A program made the translations under genes and the position numbers. Below are positions 41,231 to 51,963 of a DNA stretch of 64,000 bases, piece after piece. The stretch lies in NCBI GenBank assembly GCA_022449545.1, contig JAKUPN010000002.1:123255-187254 (forward strand), given 5' to 3'. Positions within the stretch are counted from its first letter, which is position 1, and each line of letters opens with the position of its first letter. Source of the stretch: Alphaproteobacteria bacterium. GTDB taxonomy: Bacteria > Pseudomonadota > Alphaproteobacteria > UBA6615. Under the pieces are notes generated by a model, which saw only the letters and a list, made by a program, of their open reading frames with translations, did no database searches and was not told where the DNA came from.

Positions 41231-41779
41231 ATGTCACTAAGAATTAGACTTTCACGCGGGGGCTCAAAAAAACGTCCTTTCTATAGAATTGTTGTTGCAG
41301 ACTCGCGTAGTCCAAGAGACGGGCGATTTATTGAAAAAATAGGCACTTTTAATCCGATGTTAGAAAAGCATGACGCTTCGCGAATAACTATTGATTCTGA
41401 TCGTGTCAAACATTGGATTGGGGTTGGCGCTAAACCCAGCGATCGTGTGGGTAGGTTTTTAGCCGATATGGATTTGTATGAGTTACCTAAAACTAAAACA
41501 ATAAAATATAAAATTGAAAACCAAACCAAACAACCTAAACATAAGAAAAAAGCTCAAGAACGTCTTGACGCTGAGAAAGAGGCTCAACAAGAAAAAGAAC
41601 AAGCCCCTGCCTCAGAGCAAGACACGGCAACAGAAGCGGCAGAAGCATCTCCTGCAGATGAGGCACCCGCAGCTGAGGAAGTGACTGAAACTGACACGGC
41701 AACAGAAGCGGTGGAATCGCCTGAGGAAGCTACTCAAGAGGAGTCCAATGAAGATGAAGAACGTGAAAAGGACGCTTAA
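41231..41779 (+). CDS. rpsP: 30S ribosomal protein S16 with long acidic C-terminal extension
   Basis: The N-terminus [35 protein letters not shown] is S16. About 90 additional low-complexity E/A/T-rich residues follow. Confidence 0.9.
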   Translation: MSLRIRLSRGGSKKRPFYRIVVADSRSPRDGRFIEKIGTFNPMLEKHDASRITIDSDRVKHWIGVGAKPSDRVGRFLADMDLYELPKTKTIKYKIENQTKQPKHKKKAQERLDAEKEAQQEKEQAPASEQDTATEAAEASPADEAPAAEEVTETDTATEAVESPEEATQEESNEDEEREKDA

Positions 41780-41851
41780 TCCGAAGATACAAAAGATAAT
41801 AAGAGCTGATACTAACTATTATAAGATCCTAGCCGTTTGAATAATTAATCC

Positions 41852-42400
41852 ATGATCGAAAAAAACAAAAAGTTTATTGATGCGAAACGCATATGTGTTG
41901 GTGTTATAACAGGCGTTCATGGGCTTAAAGGGCTAGTTCGAATTAAGCCTTTTACTGATATACCAGAATCTGTCTCAGCTTATGGGCCAGTTGAAATTGA
42001 AGATGGTAGTAGAACGCTAGAGATTGAAGTTGCTAATAGAGCCGGAAAAGGTCAGATCGCTGCGCGAGTATTAGGTGTTAGGGATCGAAATGAAGCAGAA
42101 ACCCTGAAAGGACAGCATTTATACATTAACAGGAATCAATTACCGTCCACTGATTTTGACGAGTTTTATTTTGCGGACATCATTGGATTATCGGTGCTTA
42201 ATAAGAATGGTGATTCGTTGGGAGAAGTTATGGCAGTTCATGATTTTGGTGCTGGCGCTGTTCTAGAATGTTTAGATAAAAAGGAAGTTCCTGTAATGGT
42301 ACCGTTTACTCAAGAAGCAGTGCCTGAGATTGATTTAAATGAGAAATTTATTTTAGTAGATAAAAAGTTTTATGAGGCTTTTGAAATTCAATCTAAGTAA
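41852..42400 (+). CDS. rimM: ribosome maturation factor RimM
   Basis: It has the RimM pattern (GVHGLKGLVRIKPFTD and a PRC barrel). It sits between rpsP and trmD. Confidence 0.85.
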   Translation: MIEKNKKFIDAKRICVGVITGVHGLKGLVRIKPFTDIPESVSAYGPVEIEDGSRTLEIEVANRAGKGQIAARVLGVRDRNEAETLKGQHLYINRNQLPSTDFDEFYFADIIGLSVLNKNGDSLGEVMAVHDFGAGAVLECLDKKEVPVMVPFTQEAVPEIDLNEKFILVDKKFYEAFEIQSK

Positions 42401-42416
42401 GAACTGGAATGAATCT

Positions 42417-43154
42417 ATGAGTAAGCATTACAATTCTGAATCTTATTGGCATGCCGTGATATTGACATTGTTTCCAGAAATTTTCCCAGGCCCCTTAAAC
42501 ACTAGTCTTGCTGGCAAGGCTTTAAAGGATAAAATTTGGAGATTAGATGTTCTGAATTTTCGAGATTTTGTCCTCGAGTCTGCTGGAAAAGTTGATGATG
42601 AGCCATTCGGGGGCGGTGCAGGCATGGTAATGCGACCTGATATAGTCGATATAGCTTTAGAATCAGCTTCAAAACTAGTTGACGACAAAGCTCCAATCAT
42701 TTATCTCACCCCGCGCGGACGTCCTTTGGATCAAACACGAATTAAAAAACTAGCGAGTGGCCCTGGAGCTGTATTGATATGTGGTCGCTATGAGGGGATA
42801 GACCAACGTGTTATAGAAGCTAGAGAAGTTGAAGAGGTTAGTCTGGGTGATTTTGTTTTATCAGGAGGAGAAATAGCAAGTTTAGCACTTCTAGATTCGG
42901 TAATAAGATTGTTGCCTGGGGTTTTAGGAAATGAAGAATCACTTAGTGAAGAAAGTTTTGAACAAAATTTGCTTGAATATCCTCATTACACGCGGCCGGC
43001 TGTATGGCACGATTTAAGGGGTAAAAAAAATTGTATACCTGATATTCTTTCGTCAGGAGATCATGGTAAGATTAAAAATTGGCGTAGAAAGAAATCTGAA
43101 GAGATAACACAAGATCGACGGCCTGATTTATGGGCAAAACATATAATAAAATAA
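42417..43154 (+). CDS. trmD: tRNA (guanine37-N1)-methyltransferase TrmD
   Basis: It has a SPOUT fold and TrmD motifs (LTLFPEIF, GRYEGIDQRV). The start was moved to the internal ATG at 42417 to remove the overlap with rimM. Confidence 0.9.
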   Translation: MSKHYNSESYWHAVILTLFPEIFPGPLNTSLAGKALKDKIWRLDVLNFRDFVLESAGKVDDEPFGGGAGMVMRPDIVDIALESASKLVDDKAPIIYLTPRGRPLDQTRIKKLASGPGAVLICGRYEGIDQRVIEAREVEEVSLGDFVLSGGEIASLALLDSVIRLLPGVLGNEESLSEESFEQNLLEYPHYTRPAVWHDLRGKKNCIPDILSSGDHGKIKNWRRKKSEEITQDRRPDLWAKHIIK

Positions 43155-43184
43155 ATATAAAAAGGCCAAAATAGGAATTAAATC

Positions 43185-43664
43185 ATGAATACGCTGCAAA
43201 AGTTTGAGGCTGCAGAACTTGCTAAATTATCTGAATCTAAGGACATTCCGGACTTCGATTCTGGTGACACCATTCGTGTTAATGTTAGGGTTGTAGAGGG
43301 AGAACGCGAGCGAATACAGGCCTATGAGGGTGTTTGCATTGCCCGGAAGAAAGCCGGCATTAATTCTTCCTTCACAGTGCGCAAGCTTAGTTTCGGAGAG
43401 GGAGTTGAGCGGGTGTTTCCTCTTTACGGTCCTCGTGTTGACTCTATCGAGGTTATCCGTCGAGGAAAAGTTCGCCGAGCAAAACTTTATTATTTGCGTG
43501 GTCGAACAGGTAAAGCAGCTCGGATATTTGAGCGTACAACGGGTCATGGACTGCAGCTTGCCGGAAAAGATAAAAACAAAAATAAAACTCCAGGAGTTGA
43601 ATTAAACAATTTAGAAAATGAATCTGAGGAGGTTGAAAGCGCAAGTAAGACTGATGAAAGCTAG
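43185..43664 (+). CDS. rplS: 50S ribosomal protein L19 with C-terminal extension
   Basis: It has the L19 core ([45 protein letters not shown]) followed by an acidic tail. Confidence 0.9.
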   Translation: MNTLQKFEAAELAKLSESKDIPDFDSGDTIRVNVRVVEGERERIQAYEGVCIARKKAGINSSFTVRKLSFGEGVERVFPLYGPRVDSIEVIRRGKVRRAKLYYLRGRTGKAARIFERTTGHGLQLAGKDKNKNKTPGVELNNLENESEEVESASKTDES

Positions 43665-43765
43665 TCTAACTATATTTTCTAAAATTTTTTAGCTTACATC
43701 CTGATATTTTAGTCGTTTTTTACTCGACCCTAATATAGACCAGCTATACATAGAGAATTTTCATC

Positions 43766-45181
43766 ATGGCTAAACCACTTACCTTATTTGATAAAATCTG
43801 GGAATCGCATCTTGTTGATCAACAAGACGATGGCACTTGCCTAATTTATATTGATCGGCATTTGGTGCATGAGGTTACAAGTCCACAAGCGTTTGAGGGC
43901 CTGAGAATGGCTAATCGAACCGTTCGTAGACCTGATGCAACTCTTGCAGTGGCTGATCATAATGTACCAACGTCTGATCGATCATTGGGCATTAAAGATC
44001 CCGAATCCTTACTACAAGTTAACACCTTGACGCAAAATTGCTTGGATTTTGATATTCAATTATTTGAAATGAATGATATTCGTCAAGGAATAGTCCACAT
44101 AATAGGTCCTGAGCAAGGTTTTACACAACCGGGCACTACAATTGTGTGCGGCGATAGTCATACTGCAACTCATGGAGCTTTTGGAGCTCTCGCCTTCGGT
44201 ATTGGAACTTCAGAAGTTGAACACGTTTTGGCAACGCAGACTCTGTTACAAAGGCCAGCAAAGAACCTTCGAATCACAGTTGATGGTTCACTACTCCCTG
44301 GGGTAACCGCTAAGGATATGATATTAGCTATGATTGGTAAAATTGGCACTGCTGGCGGCACTGGTCACGTAATAGAATATGCTGGGGAGGCTGTTAAAAA
44401 TCTCTCGATGGAAGGACGTATGACAGTCTGCAACATGTCTATTGAGGGCGGAGCTCGGGCGGGGTTAATTGCTCCGGATGATATTACTTATGCTTATTTA
44501 GAGGGTAGGCCAATGTCGCCTAAGGCAGGCGCATGGCAGCAGGCTTTATCTTACTGGAAATCTTTGCCATCAGATAATGGGGCCCTTTATGAAAAGGAAG
44601 TAAATCTTTCTGCTATTGACATTTCACCGCAAGTGACGTGGGGAACAAGTCCAGAGAACGTAGTCCCAATTACAGGCTCTATTCCAAGTCCTGAAAACGA
44701 TGCACGTGATGATAATCAGCGTTTAGCATGGGAAAGATCATTGGAGTATATGGACCTTAGCCCGGGCACTGCTATGACTGACGTCAGAATTGACAAAGTC
44801 TTTATTGGGTCCTGTACCAATGGCCGTATAGAAGATCTACGAGACGTCGCTCAAGTTGCCGAAGGACGTAAAGTTTCTCCAGCAGTGAAAGCTATGATTG
44901 TACCTGGCTCAGGTTTAGTTAAAATTCAAGCTGAGGAAGAAGGTCTAGATAAGATATTTATTGATGCTGGATTTGATTGGCGCGAACCAGGGTGCTCAAT
45001 GTGTTTGGCTATGAACTCTGACCGGCTTGATCCTGGTGAAAGATGTGCCTCTACCTCCAATAGAAATTTTGAGGGAAGGCAAGGTAGAGAAGGGAGAACA
45101 CATCTTGTTAGTCCAGCAATGGCGGCCGCTGCAGCCATATCTGGGCACCTGGCCGACGTCCGTGATTTTTTTGACGAATAA
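43766..45181 (+). CDS. leuC: 3-isopropylmalate dehydratase large subunit
   Basis: It has the aconitase-family motifs and Cys ligands ([19 protein letters not shown]) of LeuC. Confidence 0.95.
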   Translation: MAKPLTLFDKIWESHLVDQQDDGTCLIYIDRHLVHEVTSPQAFEGLRMANRTVRRPDATLAVADHNVPTSDRSLGIKDPESLLQVNTLTQNCLDFDIQLFEMNDIRQGIVHIIGPEQGFTQPGTTIVCGDSHTATHGAFGALAFGIGTSEVEHVLATQTLLQRPAKNLRITVDGSLLPGVTAKDMILAMIGKIGTAGGTGHVIEYAGEAVKNLSMEGRMTVCNMSIEGGARAGLIAPDDITYAYLEGRPMSPKAGAWQQALSYWKSLPSDNGALYEKEVNLSAIDISPQVTWGTSPENVVPITGSIPSPENDARDDNQRLAWERSLEYMDLSPGTAMTDVRIDKVFIGSCTNGRIEDLRDVAQVAEGRKVSPAVKAMIVPGSGLVKIQAEEEGLDKIFIDAGFDWREPGCSMCLAMNSDRLDPGERCASTSNRNFEGRQGREGRTHLVSPAMAAAAAISGHLADVRDFFDE

Positions 45182-45185
45182 GCGA

Positions 45186-45632
45186 ATGATGGATAGCTAT
45201 ACCGGGGACAGTATTCGATACGCAGGTTTTTGGCTTCGACTGTGCGCGGCTGCAATTGATGGGGCAATATTATTAATTGTTGTTTGGTTACTAAGCTTAG
45301 CTTTTAATGTGAATATTGCTGCGCCGCAGCATACGGGGGCAGACTTCGTTAACTTTCGCTTGTTTGAGCTTAGTGCAATATTAGCAGCATGGGTATATTT
45401 TGCAGTTATGGAGTGTTCTAGACCCCAGGCCAGTTTAGGTAAAATTTTAATGAGTATTTATGTAACTGATCTTGACGGGGATCGAATGACCTTTGCACGG
45501 GCTAGTTTTCGTTATTGGATGAAATATCTATCTATATTTACTTTATTTATTGGTTTTATTACTTCAGCGTTTAGTAAACAAAAACAGGCATTACACGATA
45601 AACTTGTGCGTACTCTAGTGCTTAAAAGATAG
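45186..45632 (+). CDS. RDD family membrane protein inserted between leuC and leuD
   Basis: The 148-aa product from the ATG at 45186 has three TM helices and an RDD-like R..D..D pattern. The track ORF 45027..45632 overlapped the leuC 3' end, so the start was adjusted. Confidence 0.45.
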   Translation: MMDSYTGDSIRYAGFWLRLCAAAIDGAILLIVVWLLSLAFNVNIAAPQHTGADFVNFRLFELSAILAAWVYFAVMECSRPQASLGKILMSIYVTDLDGDRMTFARASFRYWMKYLSIFTLFIGFITSAFSKQKQALHDKLVRTLVLKR

Positions 45633-45643
45633 GACACTATAAA

Positions 45644-46255
45644 ATGGAAAAATTTACCAAAGTTACAGGTGTTGCCGCACCTTTGCCTATGGTTAATATC
45701 GATACGGATAAAATTATTCCCAAACAATTTTTGAAAACGATAGAACGAACTGGTCTTGGAAAAGGTTTGTTTCATGAATTACGCACTGATTCATCAGGGA
45801 AGAATACGGGCGAGTTTGTTTTAGATCGCTCCCCCTATAACAACGCAAAGATAATTATTGCTGGCCCCAACTTTGGATGCGGTTCATCAAGGGAACATGC
45901 CCCATGGGCTCTACAAGACTTTGGCATTAAGGTAGTAATTTCTTCTTCTTATGCGGATATCTTTTATAATAATAGTTTTAAAAATGGAATGTTATTAATT
46001 CAGCTGGCCCCAGAACAAATAGATGAACTTATGGCAGTTGCAAATGATTCCGAGAATCCCGAATTGTCAGTTGATTTGGAGGAACAAAAAATACTTGCTC
46101 CAAACGGAGTATCCTATAGTTTCGATTTAGATCCCTTCTTGAAACAGTGTCTGTTAGAAGGTCTAGATGACATAGGCTTAACACTAAAAAAAGACGAAAC
46201 AATATCCAGTTTTGAAGATAAGCAGCGCATTGGACAACCCTGGAATTATAAATAG
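45644..46255 (+). CDS. leuD: 3-isopropylmalate dehydratase small subunit
   Basis: It has the LeuD swivel domain ([17 protein letters not shown]). Confidence 0.9.
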   Translation: MEKFTKVTGVAAPLPMVNIDTDKIIPKQFLKTIERTGLGKGLFHELRTDSSGKNTGEFVLDRSPYNNAKIIIAGPNFGCGSSREHAPWALQDFGIKVVISSSYADIFYNNSFKNGMLLIQLAPEQIDELMAVANDSENPELSVDLEEQKILAPNGVSYSFDLDPFLKQCLLEGLDDIGLTLKKDETISSFEDKQRIGQPWNYK

Positions 46256-46318
46256 CATGGTAGTTCTTATGAGGTTTAATAAGTTGGATATATATAGTAT
46301 TTAGGATGAGGGGTAGAG

Positions 46319-47434
46319 ATGGCTGCGAATAGAAAGATATTAGTTCTACCGGGAGATGGCATAGGGCCTGAAGTAATGGCGCAGGTTCAGCGAGTTATAG
46401 ATTGGTTTGACAATAAGGGTAGTGTTAGATTTGAGGTTACTGAAGACCTCGTTGGCGGAGCCTGTTACGATAGCCATGGAGTCTCTATCCGTGAAGAAAC
46501 AATGGAAATAGCTGTTTCAACTGACGCAGTGCTTTTTGGAGCAGTTGGGGGCCCCAGTTGGGACGATGTGCCTAGAGAGCACCGTCCTGAAGCGGGCTTA
46601 CTTAGGCTAAGGAAGGATCTTGATTTATTTGCAAACTTAAGGCCAGCAATTGTTCTTGATGCTATGGTTGAATCTTCTACCCTTAAGTCTGAGATTGTTA
46701 AAGGGTTGGATATAATAATTCTGCGTGAACTTACCTCTGGAGTTTATTTTGGTGAACCTCGTGGTGAACAGATAATGGATGATGGAACAAAGAGAGTCGT
46801 AGACACTCAAGCTTATACCGAAGATGAAATAGTTCGAATACTCCGTGTTGCTTTTGAACTCGCACGCCAACGAAAAAACAGAGTTCACTGTGCCGAGAAA
46901 TCGAATGTAATGGAGACAGGCGTTTTTTGGCGTCAAATTTCTGCTCGTGTTGCAAGGGAAGAGTATCCTGATGTTGAGTTTGATCATATTCTAGCTGACA
47001 ATTGTGCTATGCAATTACTGCGTGATCCGCATCAATTTGATGTGATTGTTACGGATAATTTATTTGGTGATATACTATCTGATGAAGCTGCAATGATGAC
47101 TGGTTCACTTGGAATGCTGCCTTCAGCCAGCTTGGGTAACCCTGATCCGGTAACGGGAAAACGTTACGCGATGTATGAGCCCGTGCATGGGTCTGCTCCA
47201 GATATTGCTGGGGAAGGAAAAGCAAACCCTCTTGCAATGCTTTTAAGTTTTTCGATGATGCTCCGTTACTCTTTTGATTTGCCAGAAGAGGCAGATCGTG
47301 TGGAGACAGTCGTTCAAAATGTTCTCAATGAAGGGTTTCGCACAGGTGATATAATGCAAGATGGTTGTCATCTTGTATCCACGGAAGAAATGGGCTCAAA
47401 TCTTTTATTGGAGTTAGATCGGTCTGTTCAATGA
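46319..47434 (+). CDS. leuB: 3-isopropylmalate dehydrogenase
   Basis: It has [26 protein letters not shown] and [17 protein letters not shown]. It sits in the leuCDB context. Confidence 0.9.
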   Translation: MAANRKILVLPGDGIGPEVMAQVQRVIDWFDNKGSVRFEVTEDLVGGACYDSHGVSIREETMEIAVSTDAVLFGAVGGPSWDDVPREHRPEAGLLRLRKDLDLFANLRPAIVLDAMVESSTLKSEIVKGLDIIILRELTSGVYFGEPRGEQIMDDGTKRVVDTQAYTEDEIVRILRVAFELARQRKNRVHCAEKSNVMETGVFWRQISARVAREEYPDVEFDHILADNCAMQLLRDPHQFDVIVTDNLFGDILSDEAAMMTGSLGMLPSASLGNPDPVTGKRYAMYEPVHGSAPDIAGEGKANPLAMLLSFSMMLRYSFDLPEEADRVETVVQNVLNEGFRTGDIMQDGCHLVSTEEMGSNLLLELDRSVQ

Positions 47435-47497
47435 ATTGAATGAACTTATTTAATATTAGATAAGGCTATAAGTTAGATAAAATAATAAAGGCAGAAA

Positions 47498-47788
47498 GTG
47501 ATTAAGTTACTTACAGTATTCGTTTTGGTCATTTTAGTTTTAGAAGTCAGCTTGCCTTCATTGGCTAGGAGCTCGTCTAGAGTGACTACCTTAAAAAACG
47601 TTAATTTTGATTGCACGAAGCATAAATTTTTGCCAAAGACAGCTCAATCAAGCGGAGTTATAAATATAGATAGAGTTAAACCGGCACTATTAACCATTAT
47701 TAAGGAAGCTCTAAAATCGCCCAAATCAAATCCTAAATTCGACATGCGTACAAAATTAATTCTGCACAATTTAGCATACTATGATTAA
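47498..47788 (+). CDS. hypothetical small secreted protein (signal peptide)
   Basis: It has an N-terminal hydrophobic signal-like segment, MIKLLTVFVLVILVLEVSLPSLA. It has no recognisable family. Confidence 0.3.
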   Translation: MIKLLTVFVLVILVLEVSLPSLARSSSRVTTLKNVNFDCTKHKFLPKTAQSSGVINIDRVKPALLTIIKEALKSPKSNPKFDMRTKLILHNLAYYD

Positions 47789-47935
47789 TTTCTTATTAAA
47801 TTGACAATTGTTTTGTTGACGCACCTATCTTGCGATAAGGACTAAAATTAATAAAAATCACAGATAAAGATATCTAAGCTTACTCAATAGATAGAAAATG
47901 ATAACGTTAGGGTGTCTAGATCGGATTGAAATATT

Positions 47936-48970
47936 ATGGGTTATAAAGTTGCCATAGTCGGTGCTACAGGAAATGTAGGCCGTGAAATTCTACAGACCTT
48001 GTATGAAAGAAAGTTCCCTGCTGATGAGGTGATAGCTTTAGCTAGTGAAAGATCAATCGGCCGTAAGGTGTCTTTCGGCGAGAATGAACCTATTGAGGTT
48101 CGATCTTTAGCTGATTATAATTTTGAAGGTACAGATATAGCAATGTTTTCGCCTGGTGCTAAGGTTTCTGCTGTTCATGCTACACGCGCGGCATCCAAGG
48201 GTTGTATTGTTATAGATAATACATCTCAATTTCGGATGGAATCAGACGTTCCTCTTGTTGTTCCAGAAGTTAACCCGGAGGCTATTAGCGGTTATTCTAA
48301 TCGGAATATTATTTCAAATCCAAATTGTTCTACTATCCAAATGGTTGTTGCTTTGAAGCCTATACATGACGCATTTGATATAAAACGTGTGGTTGTATCC
48401 ACCTATCAGTCGACTTCTGGAGCCGGAAAAGAGGCTATGGATGAATTGTTTAATCAAACACGGGCAATTTTTGTAAATGACCGACTTGATAAAAAAGAGT
48501 TTACAAAACAGATTGCTTTTAATGTTATTCCTCAGATAGATGTTTTTATGGAAGATGGATCTACAAAAGAAGAATGGAAAATGGTTGTTGAAACCAAAAA
48601 AATTCTTGACGAAAATATAGACGTAACAGCCACATGTGTTCGGGTGCCTGTGTTTATCGGGCATGCCGAATCTATTAATATTGATTGTAAAAAAGAAGTC
48701 ACAACAGATGCTGCTCGCAAGGTTTTGAGGGACGCAGAAGGGGTGTCCCTTATAGATCATCGTGCAGACGAAGGCTATGTTACCCCTGTTGAAGCCGCTG
48801 GAGACGATTTAGTTTTTGTGAGCCGAGTAAGAGATGATTTCACTATAGCGAATGGACTTAATTTGTGGGTTGTGTCTGATAATTTGCGTAAGGGGGCAGC
48901 CTTGAACACAGTGCAAATTGCTGAGCTACTGGATCGCAAACACCTTAATAATCTTTGTGCTAGTCAGTAA
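47936..48970 (+). CDS. asd: aspartate-semialdehyde dehydrogenase
   Basis: It has VAIVGATGNVGREIL and the catalytic NPNCSTIQ region. Confidence 0.9.
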   Translation: MGYKVAIVGATGNVGREILQTLYERKFPADEVIALASERSIGRKVSFGENEPIEVRSLADYNFEGTDIAMFSPGAKVSAVHATRAASKGCIVIDNTSQFRMESDVPLVVPEVNPEAISGYSNRNIISNPNCSTIQMVVALKPIHDAFDIKRVVVSTYQSTSGAGKEAMDELFNQTRAIFVNDRLDKKEFTKQIAFNVIPQIDVFMEDGSTKEEWKMVVETKKILDENIDVTATCVRVPVFIGHAESINIDCKKEVTTDAARKVLRDAEGVSLIDHRADEGYVTPVEAAGDDLVFVSRVRDDFTIANGLNLWVVSDNLRKGAALNTVQIAELLDRKHLNNLCASQ

Positions 48971-49022
48971 CTTTGATTGATGGGTTCTTCTAGGTGATGT
49001 TTACCATTTTGTTAATATGGAT

Positions 49023-49514
49023 TTAGTATTCTATATTATTCTCCTTGTTCCTCAAACTTTTTGCTTGTTTAATGATCCTTTCTGTTTCTGACCATAGTTG
49101 TAGTTCTTTTAAGCGATCTATAGGCCACCATTCCGCTTCAGTGGCGTCACTGCCAGCTAAAAGCGAACCACCTGCCCAATATGCAGCACAGTCTATTAAA
49201 GTATAGTGGTAAGCGACATTTGTTTTTTTTCTGATGGACTTTCTATTTATATCTCCATTCTTATTGTTTTTTTCATCTTGTATAATGGCGTCTACTACAT
49301 CCACTAATCCTATAAGCTTTATTTCAATTCCCGTTTCTTCTCGTACTTCTCTTCTGGCTGTATCTTGCCAAGTTTCTCCAAGTTTTTGTTTACCCCCGGG
49401 TATGCTCCACTGACCCTTTCTTGGAGGGTTCCCGCGTTTTATTACCAGTACATTATTTTCTTTAAAGACCACTACCCCAACTCCTGGGACTGGTTGTTCT
49501 GGGTATTTAGTCAC
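49023..49514 (-). CDS. NUDIX hydrolase
   Basis: It has the Nudix box GGKQKLGETWQDTARREVREETG. Confidence 0.75.
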   Translation of the reverse strand: MTKYPEQPVPGVGVVVFKENNVLVIKRGNPPRKGQWSIPGGKQKLGETWQDTARREVREETGIEIKLIGLVDVVDAIIQDEKNNKNGDINRKSIRKKTNVAYHYTLIDCAAYWAGGSLLAGSDATEAEWWPIDRLKELQLWSETERIIKQAKSLRNKENNIEY

Positions 49515-50245
49515 TATTTTAAGTCCAAAGTTTTCTTAGTTTTTTTATTGCGTGCAAGTAAGTTTAACAATTCCACAAATGTAGCGAAAGCAATACCAAA
49601 GTAAATAAGGCCCCTAGGTATATGTAGATCTATAGAATCCGCTATCAATGTTATTCCTATTAGAAGCAAAAAAGAGAGTGCTAGCATTTTTATTGTAGGT
49701 CTCTTAAGTACAAAAGAGCTGATTGTTTCAGCTGCGACCAACATCACACATATAGCCACCAAAATTGCAGCAATCATTATTACTATGTGTTCTGTCATGC
49801 CAATAGCGGTTAGAACAGAATCCAGGGAAAAAACTAAATCTAGTAAAAATATTTGAATCAAAACCGATAAAAAGATAGCAGCACCTGGTTTTCCAGGATC
49901 GTTTTTGTTTCCATCTATCATTTTATGGATTTCACATATAGATTTATAAATAAGAAATAACCCACCTGAAGCAAGAATTAGATCACGATATGAAATTTTT
50001 ATTTCTATAATTTCAAATAATGGTTCACTTAGGCTAATAATCCAGCTTAAAGCAAACAAAAGAACTACTCTTCCTATAAGAGCCAAAATTAGACCTATTC
50101 GGCGAGCCATTGGCTGCTGATGGGCGGGTAATCGTGATGTAATGATTGACAAAAATATAACGTTATCCACTCCGAGTACTATCTCTAGAAGGGAAAGTGT
50201 TAAAAAGCTTGCCCAAGCAGTTGGGTCAGTTAGCAGTTCAAACAT
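49514..50245 (-). CDS. TerC family integral membrane protein
   Basis: It has the TerC motif LSLLEIVLGVDNVIFLSI repeated with DSV. It overlaps the downstream NUDIX gene by 1 nt. Confidence 0.75.
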   Translation of the reverse strand: MFELLTDPTAWASFLTLSLLEIVLGVDNVIFLSIITSRLPAHQQPMARRIGLILALIGRVVLLFALSWIISLSEPLFEIIEIKISYRDLILASGGLFLIYKSICEIHKMIDGNKNDPGKPGAAIFLSVLIQIFLLDLVFSLDSVLTAIGMTEHIVIMIAAILVAICVMLVAAETISSFVLKRPTIKMLALSFLLLIGITLIADSIDLHIPRGLIYFGIAFATFVELLNLLARNKKTKKTLDLK

Positions 50246-50406
50246 ATGGGTCTAAAAATCCTTTTTCTCACATATGTTGTCGGTTATTAATAAACTTAGC
50301 TAATTAGAGAGACATTAATATTGCGGGTATTACTAGCTTATGTCCTATCTTTAGAACAATTTATAAGTAGTCAGTATCTTTTGATGTGAGCTAGCTCCTA
50401 TCAGGC

Positions 50407-51582
50407 TTAGTCTCTCTCTACACACATTGCTATACCCATGCCTCCACCAATACAGAGAGTTGCTATTGCTTTTTTTGCATTACGACGTTGCATTTCATAA
50501 AGTAGGGTTACTAGCACCCGACTTCCAGATGCCCCGATTGGGTGTCCGATAGCTATCGCTCCCCCATTGACATTAACAATTTCGGGATCCCATCCGAGAT
50601 CACGGTTAACGGCTATAGCTTGTGCAGCAAACGCCTCATTGGCTTCAACGAGTTCAACATCTTCAATACCCCAACCAGCTCTTTCTAGAGCTTTGCGGCA
50701 GGCGGGTATGGGCCCGCTGCCCATAACGGCTGGCTCTACTCCTGCTGTGGCCCATGAAACAATGCGAGCCATCGGATTTATGTTTCTTTTCTTTGCTTCG
50801 TCGGCGTTCATTAATACAACCACAGCTGCTCCATCATTAATTCCTGAGGCATTGCCTGCAGTTACTGTGCCGCTTTTATCGAAAGCAGGTCTCAACTTAG
50901 CGAGGCTTTCAACGGTTGTACCTGATCGTGGGTATTCATCTATATCTACTGCCGTTTCGCCTTTTCGATTTTTGACAAGGACTGATGCAATTTCATCAAC
51001 AAATTTTCCTGTGTTCTGGGCTTCTTCGGCTTTGTTTTGCGAACTTGCTGCAAATTCGTCTTGTTCTTCTCTAGTTATTTGCCATTTTTCAGCAACGTTT
51101 TCAGCTGTGTTGCCCATATGGTATCCCATCAAAGAGCACCAGAGTCCGTCTTTTATCATGGTATCCACTAGTTTGGTGTCGCCCATTTTGGTTCCGTTTC
51201 GCATGTGAGTAGAATGTGGAGCCTGACTCATGCTCTCCTGACCCCCAGTAACTAGTATGTTTGCATCTCCAGCTTTAATTGCTTGATAGCCTTGGGCAAT
51301 TGAGCGTAAGCCCGAACCACATACCTGGTTAACTAAGTAAGCTGTACGATCATGAGGTATACCTGATGCCAATAAAGCTTGGCGGGCAGGATTCATCCCG
51401 GTTGCAGCGGTAAGCACCTGTCCCATGATAACTTCGTCAACCTCTTCAGGGGAAGTATTCGCTCGGCGTAAGGATTCCTTAATTGCTACGGTTCCTAGTT
51501 CAGCTGCACTTATACCAGCCAAACTTCCGTTGAAAGAGCCGACAGGCGTTCGGGCTGCTCCTGCGATAACTACTTCACTCAT
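50407..51582 (-). CDS. acetyl-CoA C-acetyltransferase (thiolase II)
   Basis: It has the thiolase N-terminus and the catalytic Cys motifs ([15 protein letters not shown]). Confidence 0.9.
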   Translation of the reverse strand: MSEVVIAGAARTPVGSFNGSLAGISAAELGTVAIKESLRRANTSPEEVDEVIMGQVLTAATGMNPARQALLASGIPHDRTAYLVNQVCGSGLRSIAQGYQAIKAGDANILVTGGQESMSQAPHSTHMRNGTKMGDTKLVDTMIKDGLWCSLMGYHMGNTAENVAEKWQITREEQDEFAASSQNKAEEAQNTGKFVDEIASVLVKNRKGETAVDIDEYPRSGTTVESLAKLRPAFDKSGTVTAGNASGINDGAAVVVLMNADEAKKRNINPMARIVSWATAGVEPAVMGSGPIPACRKALERAGWGIEDVELVEANEAFAAQAIAVNRDLGWDPEIVNVNGGAIAIGHPIGASGSRVLVTLLYEMQRRNAKKAIATLCIGGGMGIAMCVERD

Positions 51583-51963
51583 GACTCGCTCCTTAAATAA
51601 TTCTTACAAATTTCTTATAGAAAATTAGGCCTACTGACTCGGATCAATTTTGTTTTCCACTATTTATTATGATTACTATGTGGTCTTGGCCGTAAACAGA
51701 GCCTAGTCATTTAGTCCTTAGATTAATATACTCTATCTGTATTAAAATGGTCGATAATTATTTCTTAATACAAACACAAGATTAATCAGTTTAACATAAA
51801 AACCAGAGTAAATTACCACTAAAATTATATTTACTAGTTCCCATAGATTTACTTAATTTATTCTCCTGTAGAGCTTTAGAAAAAAATCTGTTGAATTTTA
51901 TACCATTCGGCTATATCCAATCGGTTGATGCCACAATTATAGTTACAAGTGGGAGCTCGAGTG

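Noticed and set aside
50246-50406. Possible yybP-ykoY (Mn2+) riboswitch in the 5' leader of the TerC-family gene
   Set aside because: TerC genes often carry this riboswitch, but I could not find the conserved GGGGAGUAG / ACGAC cores. Only a GAGCTAGCTC palindrome at 50388-50397 is visible. An Infernal scan would be needed.
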